The notes: a model not told the origin generated them from the sequence alone. Positions 17,242-27,152 are shown, counted from the first letter of the stretch. The stretch is DNA of 29,603 nucleotides from an uncultured virus (IMG/VR IMGVR_UViG_3300033145_003180) (IMGVR_UViG_3300033145_003180), one strand, 5' to 3'. A program made the numbers and translations.

Positions 17242-17718
17242 ATCATCACGTCTCGTCTCATTTCAATCCACCTATTTTATCCCATCCTCACCACGATGGG
17301 CAACCAACCGACATACACTATGATTTTATAAAAGCTCTGTTTTTATCAAATCATCATTCTAGCAAATACCAGTATCATACCTATTAGACATAATGTTCCT
17401 TCGAAAAAGTATGGATTTGTCAATAGCCCATCATTGCTATTTTGCATCTCTGCCATAACGGTGCATATCCTGTTTTGTTTCTTTAGTCTTTCGATTTACC
17501 TGGCTGCTGATTTCATACATATAGATATTGTTTTTTACATACACATATCATGTTTTATATACACTATTTGTATATCTAATTTATAAATAGCGGATCTAAA
17601 ATATAGAGTGCACAGAAGGAGCAAAATCCTCATGGACCCAGTCATGCCCCCTCTGGTAGTTGGTGATCACACCAAAATAAAGCATGTCCTTCATATTATA
17701 TAAAATATGTCAACTGAC

Positions 17719-17750
17719 CGGAATTTTTTCCTAGATAACATTTTATAAAA
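17719..17750 (+). promoter_or_regulatory. operator plus TATA promoter (third copy of shared motif)
   Basis: CGGAATTTTTTCC-TAGATAAC-ATTTTATAAAA, ending 23 nt before ATG 17774. Confidence 0.65.
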
Positions 17751-17773
17751 CAAAAGCATTCTAAAATTGAGAT

Positions 17774-18106
17774 ATGAAATATACTACAGCTGGGATAGCC
17801 GCCATATTGTTATACATATACGCCGGGTTCTTAACACCAGCATTTTTAGATCCGACTGATTTTATTGTAAGCCCGTTGTGGATAACCTGGGCTTATGTAA
17901 TGTTTCCTGATCATGCAGGATATATTGTCCCTATCTGGATGTGGACGGGATATGTTGCTGCCCTGGGGATAGTTGTATTAATTGGAAAAAGTGCAGCAAA
18001 GAAATTTAAAATCTCAGAAGATATGGTTGATCTTATGATCGTTGTCTTGGTATTGATATCTATTGTTTTACTGGCTGGTATTCTTCATCAATGGCATATT
18101 ATTTAG
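17774..18106 (+). CDS. small multi-pass membrane protein
   Basis: 3-4 hydrophobic segments. Confidence 0.7.
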   Translation: MKYTTAGIAAILLYIYAGFLTPAFLDPTDFIVSPLWITWAYVMFPDHAGYIVPIWMWTGYVAALGIVVLIGKSAAKKFKISEDMVDLMIVVLVLISIVLLAGILHQWHII

Positions 18107-18127
18107 GAACGGGATTCGACATTTTAA

Positions 18128-18637
18128 TTAAAAAGGTATTAACAACCATATAAATAAAACAAAAAAACCAAGCAATATCAAACCAATTGATATAACTCCA
18201 CTTACTATCTTTATCATAATTGCTTTTGAACGGGGGATCTTCCACATTCTTGAAATAAGCTCTACTGTCGCTAAAAAGCCAGCTACCTGCCCGACAGCCT
18301 TTCCAACATTTCTACCAAATATACTAGCCGCCGATCCTGATACACCACCTACCAGACCACCCAGAAACGTTGATGCTACAAATTTAGACCAACTCCATTT
18401 CAGACCAAACATTTTGATAGTAACGTAGAAACCGATGATAACCGATATGAACACCCAGACGAGCAAAAGCATTATAGAAATTATTAGACCAACGGGTGAT
18501 CTAACTTCATATTCATACCCTTCTGGCATTTCAGCCGTCTCAACACACCCACTTGTTAGAGTCGCTAATATTAAGAATAACACCCCTAGAATAACGACTT
18601 TATATAAATCCCCTTTTCCCATTTTTGTGTTTTGCAT
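18128..18637 (-). CDS. membrane protein with archaeal lipobox-like motif
   Basis: LTSGCV after a hydrophobic stretch; Gly-rich TM helices. Confidence 0.7.
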   Translation of the reverse strand: MQNTKMGKGDLYKVVILGVLFLILATLTSGCVETAEMPEGYEYEVRSPVGLIISIMLLLVWVFISVIIGFYVTIKMFGLKWSWSKFVASTFLGGLVGGVSGSAASIFGRNVGKAVGQVAGFLATVELISRMWKIPRSKAIMIKIVSGVISIGLILLGFFVLFIWLLIPF

Positions 18638-18649
18638 CCTATCAACTTT

Positions 18650-18967
18650 TTAATCTTTGACACACTTTTCTGCCTTTGAGCTCCATTTTTGTCCTACTGG
18701 GCACCCATCTATTCCATGGGCATGTAATAATTTATGACCTTTTAACTTTGCAGAGCGTTCATTTTTGTATATGCTGGCAATATCTCTCTCACGCAATCCC
18801 CCGCCAACCTGCAACATCATTCCTTTGACATTTGATTCAAATACGATATCGTTAAGGGTGCTGTCTTTAGAGGGATTTGTCACCACCCAAAATGATGGCA
18901 TGTCTGCATCCACTTGTATTCTTTCTGCTGTTTTTACCATCTCTTGGTATCTTTCTTGTTCATCCAT
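18650..18967 (-). CDS. hypothetical protein with C-terminal copy of the Cys tag
   Basis: Ends DG-CPVGQKWSSKAEKC-VKD; ATG 18967. Confidence 0.75.
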   Translation of the reverse strand: MDEQERYQEMVKTAERIQVDADMPSFWVVTNPSKDSTLNDIVFESNVKGMMLQVGGGLRERDIASIYKNERSAKLKGHKLLHAHGIDGCPVGQKWSSKAEKCVKD

Positions 18968-18996
18968 TTTTATCAATAATGGAAGTGCAAATCCAT

Positions 18997-19025
18997 TATA
19001 TAAAAGTTATCTGGAAATATTTCCG
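18997..19025 (-). promoter_or_regulatory. operator plus TATA promoter (second copy of shared motif)
   Basis: Minus strand CGGAAATATTTCC-AGATAAC-TTTTATATAA. Confidence 0.7.
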
Positions 19026-19137
19026 CCCGTCTAAATAAGCGTTTTAACCGTCCACTTATTTCAAAATTTGATTTTACTATAATAAAATCAAAAAATCGAA
19101 GCTTTTATAAAAGGTGTTTGCATGGATAATATAAGGT

Positions 19138-19767
19138 TTGGATATGAAACATAAATCAAAAGTAATAATCATTGTTGCTTCTATAGTAATAGTAGCAATT
19201 ATCATAACCTGCGGTATGATAAATTTTTATCTAGAAAGGGAAAGGGAACAGGAAGAAGGCAGGAATGCCCGTTTAGATATGGAGATAGAATACTGGAGAT
19301 GGCAAATGAAGTGGGAACAAGCAGCAATTGCATCATATGAGGAATGTATCAAAGACAATGAAACAATGGATGCGTTTTACGCCTTGAGAAAAATCGATCC
19401 TTTTCTGAAGGATCAGATACCCCCTCTTAGAGAATACATGGAAATTTTATATGATAATATAACGACGGAAAATTACGGGAAAGCCTACGATCAATTTATA
19501 TTGTGTAATGTGATGGATAAAACATACAGCGAGAACTATAGTTTTTATTTCCAACAGATCGATGAAAAATATGAAAATATGACGTACATCGGGCATGACT
19601 CAGTTCCGTATATAAATCAAATGGAGGATTATTGGAAAGGGGGGTATTTGTTTGCTATTGAAAGTGATTACGATGACGATCATGACGATGGTTTTGAACT
19701 TGAATATTACACAGATGAATTGGAATATTACCAGGATCAAATAAGTTACATACAAGATATATTATAA
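19138..19767 (+). CDS. membrane-anchored acidic protein
   Basis: N-terminal TM helix; TATA-like TTTTATAAAA about 30 nt upstream. Confidence 0.7.
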   Translation: MDMKHKSKVIIIVASIVIVAIIITCGMINFYLEREREQEEGRNARLDMEIEYWRWQMKWEQAAIASYEECIKDNETMDAFYALRKIDPFLKDQIPPLREYMEILYDNITTENYGKAYDQFILCNVMDKTYSENYSFYFQQIDEKYENMTYIGHDSVPYINQMEDYWKGGYLFAIESDYDDDHDDGFELEYYTDELEYYQDQISYIQDIL

Positions 19768-19789
19768 TGAATAAAAAAATTAGGGAGAT

Positions 19790-19957
19790 ATGAAAAAAAT
19801 GGAACAAGAATCCAAATTAGAAGATATTTGTTTAAAATGTGAGTTTGATCTTGGTGAGCATTGTGAAGAAGCGGAGTTCAGTGATACTGTCCAGACTGAA
19901 AATGGAAGATGTCTTGAATGTAAAAAATTTAAATTAAAGAAGACTAATAGAAGATGA
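19790..19957 (+). CDS. small Cys-rich protein (55 aa, not in ORF track)
   Basis: GGAGA RBS; CLKC...C...CLEC; ATGA overlap with next gene. Confidence 0.6.
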   Translation: MKKMEQESKLEDICLKCEFDLGEHCEEAEFSDTVQTENGRCLECKKFKLKKTNRR

Positions 19958-21129
19958 AAATAGAACATAAAATAATAATAAAAAACATACCTGATGAATT
20001 TATTAGATGCAGAGAATGTGATAGACCATTCAAAAAGATAACTATCTCTCATTTGAATAGTAGACATGGTACAACTATGGAATTGTATCGTAAGAAACAT
20101 CCAGATGCGCCATTAGTGTGTGCTGAAGTACTATTAAAAAGTAGTAAAACAATGAAAAAAAAGTTTGAATCAGATCCTAAATGTTTTGAATATCTTCAAG
20201 AAGCAATTACACCTGAAAAAAGGAAAGAAATACTTAAAAAAGCATTATCAAAAGAGTCGATAAAAAAAAATGTAGATACGATGAGACTCATCCGTGAAAA
20301 AATACCCGAAGTTCAGGAAAACTATCATAAAGCAATGGAAAAAGTGTACGCCGATAGAACATATGATGATGTGTATTTAATTGAACAATATAATATGGTT
20401 AAAAATAAATTGGGGCATGTTCCTTCAACATTAGAAATTAAAGAACATACGGGTATTAGTGTAGGACCATATACTCGGCGTTGGGGCTCTTTTAATGATT
20501 TTGTTTTGAAACAAGGTGATATTCCAAAAAAAATGTATCAGATAACTAAGAAGGAATATATCGAAGATATAAAACGAGTATGGAATGAACTTGGCCATCA
20601 ACCAACTATAAAGGAATATGATAGTCATGGAAGATTTCATAGTAGTACATCACATAACAAATTACATATGCCTTGGGCTGATTTATTGATTAGTCTTGGT
20701 GGTGTTAATCTTGGTTTTCTAGTGGGAGGATACAATAAAATATCCAGAGAGAAATTAGAAAAAGAATACGTCAAAGTTAGAAAAATGATCAATTCTCCAT
20801 TAACCCAAGATGATATGATTAATACTGGTAAATATTGTTGTGCTCCTTATGCTAGAGAATGGGGGGCATTTTCACAAGCAAGAAATTATTTAGAGAGGAA
20901 ATATTTTAATAAACAATACAATGAAGAAGAATTTATGAAAAAACTCATGTCGGAAAGAATATCATATTCTCATAGTAAGAAAAACAAAATTTTGTTACAA
21001 AAAGCGATAGAACTACATAATGATGGGTTTAATCAATATGAAATTGGAGGGAAAATAGGAGTTAGCCAAGCGACAATATCTAATTGGTTGAAAAACTTGC
21101 GATCTATGATGAAGATGCACAGTAATTGA
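19954..21129 (+). CDS. multi-domain DNA-binding protein (MucR-like zinc finger, homing-endonuclease-associated repeats, HTH)
   Basis: CRECDRPFKKITISHL..RHG; repeats LGH.P(S/T)..E...Y.R.WGSF; C-terminal QYEIG.KIGVSQATISNW HTH. Confidence 0.75.
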   Translation: MKIEHKIIIKNIPDEFIRCRECDRPFKKITISHLNSRHGTTMELYRKKHPDAPLVCAEVLLKSSKTMKKKFESDPKCFEYLQEAITPEKRKEILKKALSKESIKKNVDTMRLIREKIPEVQENYHKAMEKVYADRTYDDVYLIEQYNMVKNKLGHVPSTLEIKEHTGISVGPYTRRWGSFNDFVLKQGDIPKKMYQITKKEYIEDIKRVWNELGHQPTIKEYDSHGRFHSSTSHNKLHMPWADLLISLGGVNLGFLVGGYNKISREKLEKEYVKVRKMINSPLTQDDMINTGKYCCAPYAREWGAFSQARNYLERKYFNKQYNEEEFMKKLMSERISYSHSKKNKILLQKAIELHNDGFNQYEIGGKIGVSQATISNWLKNLRSMMKMHSN

Positions 21130-22034
21130 ATGATAAAAAAGGAGATATGAAAAATATGACACAACAAGGATTAGATGAAGCAAAAGAAAATAAAGAAGAA
21201 AAGAAGCAGTTGACACCGCCAGATAAGGCCAAGCTTTTATTGGAGCTAGATTTTAGGGAATCAACGGAAAAACATGGGTTGTGGTTTAAACATATAGATG
21301 ATAACACAGTATTTTTCTGGAGTTTTCAAAAGGTAAAAAAGGGCACATCTTGGTGTAATAGAGATAGAGTAAAGATCTCTGATGAAGAGAAAAAATCAAT
21401 GGTTGAATATACATACATACATCAGGAAATAATCGATGGCCAGAAAACCGAGACAAAAGAAAAGAAAACAAGGATCACAACTCCTAAATCTGATGAGAAG
21501 GCGTTGGTACCTGCAGACAGACAGAAATTCATACGTGGCACTGAAAGGGATCTCATACGTCTAATGGATGAAAAGATACAGCTTGATTCTATTATTGCCG
21601 CGTCTAGTGACAAAAAGAAACTTGGTGAGGGCATGCTCTGGCATGAATTAAAGTTTGGCGATAAAACCAGTGTAGAACCATCGGCAGAACTTGTTGATAT
21701 GATGACGTTGGATATGGGGAGCATCAATACCAAAATTGTGGAGTTCGATACTAATATTCTTGAGGATCCAAATTCACATAAAAAATATTTGACGTATTAT
21801 TGCGTTGTAGAAGCAATGGATGGTGTTTCAAGAACTTCAGGTCTTGGGGCAGCAGAACAGATAGTTGATTTTACAGATATTACAAGCAGAGGGCGAACGT
21901 TCGCTCGTACAAATGCAATCCGCAAAGCTGAGAGAAATGCAAAAGAGCGATTGATCCCGATACCAAGAAAAGCAATGGTGGCTGCGGTTCGTAAAAAACT
22001 CCAGGAACATGCAGATAAACAATCAAAGAATTAG
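21126..22034 (+). CDS. putative Rad52/Rad22-like single-strand annealing protein
   Basis: C-terminal VEAMD......G.G.AEQ...FA.T.A..KAERNA...LIP pattern; start may be ATG 21147. Confidence 0.5.
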   Translation: MNDKKGDMKNMTQQGLDEAKENKEEKKQLTPPDKAKLLLELDFRESTEKHGLWFKHIDDNTVFFWSFQKVKKGTSWCNRDRVKISDEEKKSMVEYTYIHQEIIDGQKTETKEKKTRITTPKSDEKALVPADRQKFIRGTERDLIRLMDEKIQLDSIIAASSDKKKLGEGMLWHELKFGDKTSVEPSAELVDMMTLDMGSINTKIVEFDTNILEDPNSHKKYLTYYCVVEAMDGVSRTSGLGAAEQIVDFTDITSRGRTFARTNAIRKAERNAKERLIPIPRKAMVAAVRKKLQEHADKQSKN

Positions 22035-22209
22035 GAATGGCACACGCCATTCTACATACCATATGCCACATGCGATAAATGGTTTGATAAAATGGAAAAC
22101 AATCACGATTCTTATATGGTAAGCCTAATGCTATTTTATGATGAAGAATCAGGTCTTTACCAGGCCGTTATGCCAGGAAATAAATTGCAGTTGATGAAGG
22201 AAAAATGAA

Positions 22210-22362
22210 ATGCCGATAATAATATTTACATGCCCCATATGCGGTCAAGATAACGAATTACAAACAGAAATAGAAGATGTTGGCGGTAAGATATTTATCT
22301 GTGGTTATTGCCAAAGAGAGATAAAAATGAGGAAACAACAACATAGGATACCAGTATCCTAG
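22210..22362 (+). CDS. small zinc-ribbon protein (50 aa, not in ORF track)
   Basis: CPICG...CGYC. Confidence 0.6.
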   Translation: MPIIIFTCPICGQDNELQTEIEDVGGKIFICGYCQREIKMRKQQHRIPVS

Positions 22363-22374
22363 ATAGGAGAAAAA

Positions 22375-22815
22375 ATGGAAGAAATTGAAAAAGCAAAAAA
22401 TAAACTTCGGGATCTGAAGTCACAACAAAGAAAGCAAAAAATTCAAAAAAAGTTAGATTGGATCGGCATTCATAAAGAAGGTTTGGTCACTGCAACTATT
22501 ATTCTAATGCTTGTTTTCATTATTTTCAATCAGGTGACATACACTGATGTGGATCAACAGATATATATTGGACAGGTTAAAGATATTGGCGTTATGTGGA
22601 GTAATGATAACGGTATTACTAAATCAGGAATAGCGTCTCTTTTCATGATATTCAATGATTCCAATAAAATAATTTTTCAACGATATAATTTTAATATTTA
22701 TGAGATATTTGAAGATCAACCAGAACGATTTGATGAAAAATATGTTATTGTAACATATGAAAAGGCAGGGGATGTAAGAACTTTATTGGCTGTTATGGAA
22801 TTACCATATAGTTAA
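22375..22815 (+). CDS. single-pass membrane protein
   Basis: Coiled-coil N-terminus, one TM helix; GGAGA RBS. Confidence 0.7.
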   Translation: MEEIEKAKNKLRDLKSQQRKQKIQKKLDWIGIHKEGLVTATIILMLVFIIFNQVTYTDVDQQIYIGQVKDIGVMWSNDNGITKSGIASLFMIFNDSNKIIFQRYNFNIYEIFEDQPERFDEKYVIVTYEKAGDVRTLLAVMELPYS

Positions 22816-22833
22816 AAATACCAAGGAGAGAAA

Positions 22834-23823
22834 ATGAACCTACATACATTATCAGATGAGGAAATAATAAAGGAATATTTCGTGTGCAAGGAATATAAGC
22901 CGAAGGTGGAAACATATCAAAGTTGTATAATGAACGGATTTATGAAGTATATCAACAGCCAGGATAAGACGTTCAGAGAATTTGATATGAAAGATGTCCG
23001 GGAATACTACAGAATGAAACAGGCAAACGATGAATGGAAAGCACCAAAGAGCATCCTTACTTTTATTGTTATCATTAAGTCATTCTGTGATTGGATGCGC
23101 GATAAGATCGATGTCGTTATGATAGGGAAACGTGGTGACGATCTGGATGCATTACTCACTGAAAAAACACGCCTGAAGGAGATTATGGGTATGCGTGCTC
23201 CAAGAATGCCTCAGCGTATAACAACAGTGCCGCCCGTGACACTCCCGGAGCTAAAAAAGATATTCACTGCCATGATCAGAAACAAAACAGATGACAGAAA
23301 TTATGCTTTTAAGAGAATGTGGGTATTGTGTTATTTCGGGTGCCGTGTTGATGAGATGGCTTCCATCACTCCAAATATGCTGTATCTTGATGATAATAAA
23401 TTGCATTTCATGACTAAAAAAACAGAGGTTGAGCGTAAAGTTTTTTATGATGATTTTACAAAACAGATCTTCGTGGATTATATCGAGAACAATAAATTAA
23501 TCAATGTTGTACCTGGGGCATGGTGGCATTGTGTAAAACAATATAGTGATGTCCTTGGTAAGAAGGTGAATACTAAACTGGGGAGAGAGGCGTTTAACAC
23601 AAATATGGATAGCATGGATTTCTATTATTACGAGGAGGATATGAGAACGCATGCCAAACTCGATAACAATTTTGCGAAGGTTATCTCCGGGCATTCGATT
23701 CCGGGACTTAAAGATATAACTGCTGTCTACCGGAAGTATTCAAATGCTCTCATCAAGGCGGCAATGACAGAACATCATTATCTTATTCCGTTGGAAGAGG
23801 ATCTAAAAAAATTGTTGTATTAG
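22834..23823 (+). CDS. tyrosine recombinase/integrase family protein
   Basis: SAM-like N-domain; FGCRVDE (Arg I), TKKT (Lys), KLGR (HxxR variant), SGH, VY (Tyr). Confidence 0.82.
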   Translation: MNLHTLSDEEIIKEYFVCKEYKPKVETYQSCIMNGFMKYINSQDKTFREFDMKDVREYYRMKQANDEWKAPKSILTFIVIIKSFCDWMRDKIDVVMIGKRGDDLDALLTEKTRLKEIMGMRAPRMPQRITTVPPVTLPELKKIFTAMIRNKTDDRNYAFKRMWVLCYFGCRVDEMASITPNMLYLDDNKLHFMTKKTEVERKVFYDDFTKQIFVDYIENNKLINVVPGAWWHCVKQYSDVLGKKVNTKLGREAFNTNMDSMDFYYYEEDMRTHAKLDNNFAKVISGHSIPGLKDITAVYRKYSNALIKAAMTEHHYLIPLEEDLKKLLY

Positions 23824-24576
23824 GTGAAATATATGAAAGATAGAAATAAAAAAATAGTAGTGGTTGCCTTAGTTATAATCACTGTTGTTTCAATAGGTGT
23901 AATTATCAACTGGGCGACAAACGCAGAAGAAGAAGCAGAATCAAGTGTGGGTATATATAGCAATGATGGAAATACTGTTTTTACATTAGTCGGAGATGGC
24001 GAATGTGAAAAAGACCTGATGATATATTATAACAACAGGTGTGAAGAAGATGCGGACAATGAATACGTTTTTTACATAGCTGATGATGATTGGCCCCCCT
24101 CTTCTTTTATGGTGTATACGAGTGAATTGACAGTGCTTGCAGGAATAGATAATCCTCATTCAAATGCAGAGGTTATAAGGCTACCATATATAGATTGGGT
24201 TGAGGCGATGCATCTAAGGGTTTCCATTAATAATGAGATTGAAAAATATTTTGAGGAGGGGATTTTTACACTAAGCTGGAGAAATATGGAAGGTGGACCA
24301 GACGGTCATCAACCATTCCTCATCAGATATTACAACATTGATAAAGTTACTTCTCTTAACTGGTCTGTTCCAGAAGGATTTAATTTAACATTTGACAACG
24401 ATTGGGTTGAAGATAATTATGCAGATGCCACAACGAACCATAGTGGATGGTATATGCTGAAAGGACGTATTATCAACGACATAGAACCTTGGCGAAGCAC
24501 CGATGTGGATCTATGGTTTAACCCTGATCAAAACGAAACGCACATGGTACCCTATCGAAGTATAGAGGATAATTAA
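23824..24576 (+). CDS. membrane-anchored/exported protein
   Basis: N-terminal hydrophobic anchor, acidic ectodomain. Confidence 0.7.
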   Translation: MKYMKDRNKKIVVVALVIITVVSIGVIINWATNAEEEAESSVGIYSNDGNTVFTLVGDGECEKDLMIYYNNRCEEDADNEYVFYIADDDWPPSSFMVYTSELTVLAGIDNPHSNAEVIRLPYIDWVEAMHLRVSINNEIEKYFEEGIFTLSWRNMEGGPDGHQPFLIRYYNIDKVTSLNWSVPEGFNLTFDNDWVEDNYADATTNHSGWYMLKGRIINDIEPWRSTDVDLWFNPDQNETHMVPYRSIEDN

Positions 24577-24578
24577 GG

Positions 24579-25112
24579 ATGAAAATAACCAAATCAATAA
24601 TATTGTGTGGTATAGGTCTCTGTGTGTTTTGTATCCTAATGTTACCCACCAATTCCACCAATGAAATAATTACAAGCCAATCGGATTATACATATGAAAC
24701 AGGGATTAAAATAGCAGAGGATGGCCAGGTGGTAAAAAACAAGACGTTCATTGATATCCCGATAGGAATTGCAGTATGGGGATCCATGGCTACTATTGAA
24801 AACTGCACATTTATTAACTGCAGTGATGAGGGGATTGTATTCTTCAAATCGTCACATAACAATACTGTCAGGAATTGTGTTTTTTACCAATGTGTTGATG
24901 GAATAGAAATGCAGAGTTCTAGCGATAACTCATTTTATAATTGTGATTTTATTGAAAACAGTCATGCAGCCATTGATGCCATACATGGAGCAAACAATGA
25001 TAACTCATTCTGGAATTGTAGTTTCCTTGATAATTATATGGGGATCTATTCGTATGATTCATATGGTAATATATATATCAACTGTCGATTTAAAGGAAAT
25101 ATAATCCGGTGA
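24579..25112 (+). CDS. right-handed parallel beta-helix (NosD/pectin-lyase-like) protein
   Basis: Signal peptide; repeated GI....S.NN....C.F..N units. Confidence 0.85.
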   Translation: MKITKSIILCGIGLCVFCILMLPTNSTNEIITSQSDYTYETGIKIAEDGQVVKNKTFIDIPIGIAVWGSMATIENCTFINCSDEGIVFFKSSHNNTVRNCVFYQCVDGIEMQSSSDNSFYNCDFIENSHAAIDAIHGANNDNSFWNCSFLDNYMGIYSYDSYGNIYINCRFKGNIIR

Positions 25113-25118
25113 TCAAAA

Positions 25119-25880
25119 ATGTTAGGAGAATTATATAAACCAAAAGGTCTTGCATTGGAGACAGCGTCAGCGGTATTCCAATCAGAGAATGTCCACGCCT
25201 GCAATGTTGCATGGGGTTGTACTAATTGCTGTAAAGACTGCTATATCCAATATATCAAACGAGGGCATATACGATATCCAAAGGAAAAACCAGGCAACCT
25301 GGTTGAACATCAGTTGAAAGGTGGTTTTAAAACAGATGGTGTGTTTATTAGCTTCAATACAGATCCATTACTGCAAACAAACATGATTAATACAGTTAAT
25401 CTTGTTATGGAACTCCGGGAACGATGTATTCCTGTTGCTATTTTATCTAAAATGGGGCATGTACCTATCTCTAGTTTCAATTTTTGGCATAAGAAAATTG
25501 ATATCAGACATGGTATGACGATTAAATCTGGTGATGAGAAGTTCAGGATGAAATTCGAGCCAAATGCAAAACCCATCAATTTTAGAATAACAGAGTTAAG
25601 GGATTTGCATCTTGATGGGGAATATACATGGGTATCCGATGAACCACATCCATGCCCTGCACTCTATAAGCAGAACGATCAGAAGTTTTGGGAGAGCATA
25701 AATTTTGTTGATTTTATTATCTTCGGCAAATGGAATTATAATAAACTGGCATCCACACCTGAATCGAGAGATTACTATAGTGAAACCGTGCCGAAGTTTA
25801 TCGATTTCTGCAATGATCATGGGATCCGGTATCATGTTAAATCCGAAACAATGGATTTTATTAAAAAAGAGGTGATATAA
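25119..25880 (+). CDS. radical SAM protein (spore photoproduct lyase-like clade)
   Basis: N...GCTNCCKDCY (CxxxCxxC), S..TDP, ILSK, FEPNA, WVS.EP. Confidence 0.82.
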   Translation: MLGELYKPKGLALETASAVFQSENVHACNVAWGCTNCCKDCYIQYIKRGHIRYPKEKPGNLVEHQLKGGFKTDGVFISFNTDPLLQTNMINTVNLVMELRERCIPVAILSKMGHVPISSFNFWHKKIDIRHGMTIKSGDEKFRMKFEPNAKPINFRITELRDLHLDGEYTWVSDEPHPCPALYKQNDQKFWESINFVDFIIFGKWNYNKLASTPESRDYYSETVPKFIDFCNDHGIRYHVKSETMDFIKKEVI

Positions 25881-25910
25881 ATTACAGAAAAAAAAGAAAC
25901 AAAAGAAGAA

Positions 25911-26228
25911 GTGAAAACACATGATGAAGCTGGCAGAATGGAAGAATTTACAAAAGATGAAAAAATAAAAATCTTAACCGACCAAAAACGAGATCTGGAA
26001 GGCATAATCCGTCTTCTAAAAGAAGAGAGCGGATGCGTTACCATATCTGATGATATAGGAAACAAGAAAATGGTAAAGGGGACGATAGGTGGTTTTTCAG
26101 TCAGAACAGCAGTGACTAGAAAAAAACTTCCTGGTGTATGTATTACTGATTTGGATTGGAGTTGGATGGGTGGTAAAGTTCTATGTTTGCTAATAGAACC
26201 ACCTCAAGGCAAGGATGCATTAGCATGA
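25911..26228 (+). CDS. hypothetical protein
   Basis: ORF within the operon; ATGA-type overlap downstream. Confidence 0.6.
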   Translation: MKTHDEAGRMEEFTKDEKIKILTDQKRDLEGIIRLLKEESGCVTISDDIGNKKMVKGTIGGFSVRTAVTRKKLPGVCITDLDWSWMGGKVLCLLIEPPQGKDALA

Positions 26229-26668
26229 AGATCGTTATAGAACGCGCATTGTCAATAAAACAGCCCTGGCTTTTTTTGATCCTGAACGGTTTTAAGGATA
26301 TGGAGATACGCACTACAAATGTCAAGTTCCGTGGGGTATTCGGGTTGCATGCCAGTAAGCAATTCGATCACGATGGATACAATTATCTAAAAGATGAATA
26401 CGATGGATATTTCGAGGCCTTTAGTGACGATTATTTCAAAAAAGGAGGCATAGTTGGGGTCGCTAAACTATGGAATGTCATGAAATTCAAGGATAAAGAT
26501 CAGTTCCATGGTTTCAAAGGGCGACATCTTAATGATCCGGAGTGGTATAGTAAGAGAATGAAAGCGTATGTTCTGCAGGATATCCATGAGATTAAGAAAA
26601 CCATTCCATATAAGGGGCAGCTTGGAATGTTTAAACTTGAGGAACCTTTGGAGGTAATTATCAAATGA
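26225..26668 (+). CDS. ASCH domain protein
   Basis: ALSIKQPW..LILNGFKDMEIR..., GLHASK, GGIVG, PYKGQLG. Confidence 0.9.
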   Translation: MKIVIERALSIKQPWLFLILNGFKDMEIRTTNVKFRGVFGLHASKQFDHDGYNYLKDEYDGYFEAFSDDYFKKGGIVGVAKLWNVMKFKDKDQFHGFKGRHLNDPEWYSKRMKAYVLQDIHEIKKTIPYKGQLGMFKLEEPLEVIIK

Positions 26669-26795
26669 ATAAAAAAGAAATGAAGATGTTGAAGAGAGAG
26701 TTTAATCTGAAGGACGACTTCGATAAAATGGTATTTGAAAAAATAGTAAACGGGGATCTATCAGCTATCTTTACACCGATCAGTTAAGGAGAACA

Positions 26796-27128
26796 ATGGG
26801 CAAGAATAATTATCATCATTGGGCAATACTCAATGATGACGGAATGAAAAATCTCGGTCATATCTTTCCAGATGGAGTTGTGCCAGTGAAATGCATGACC
26901 ATGACTAGAGCTACATTTGAAGATAAAAAAGGTGTTCATGAGATCTTTAAAATCGACTGGAATGAACTAACAGATGAACAGAAAGAACAATGTGTTGAGT
27001 ACCTGCATCAGAAGCATCATGTGCCTGATCATATTATCAGGAAAGAGATAGAGCGTCTTGGATTTATACCATTGCAATCGAAACATGCATGTGGCAGTGG
27101 GACGGATCAAGTTCAAATATTCCTATGA
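26796..27128 (+). CDS. hypothetical protein
   Basis: GGAGA RBS; 110 aa. Confidence 0.7.
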   Translation: MGKNNYHHWAILNDDGMKNLGHIFPDGVVPVKCMTMTRATFEDKKGVHEIFKIDWNELTDEQKEQCVEYLHQKHHVPDHIIRKEIERLGFIPLQSKHACGSGTDQVQIFL

Positions 27129-27152
27129 TAATGAAATATGAGGTAATATGAA

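Noticed and set aside
17242..17700. Small ORFs or RNA gene in the intergenic region
   Set aside because: Only short frames without convincing motifs; no tRNA cloverleaf recognised
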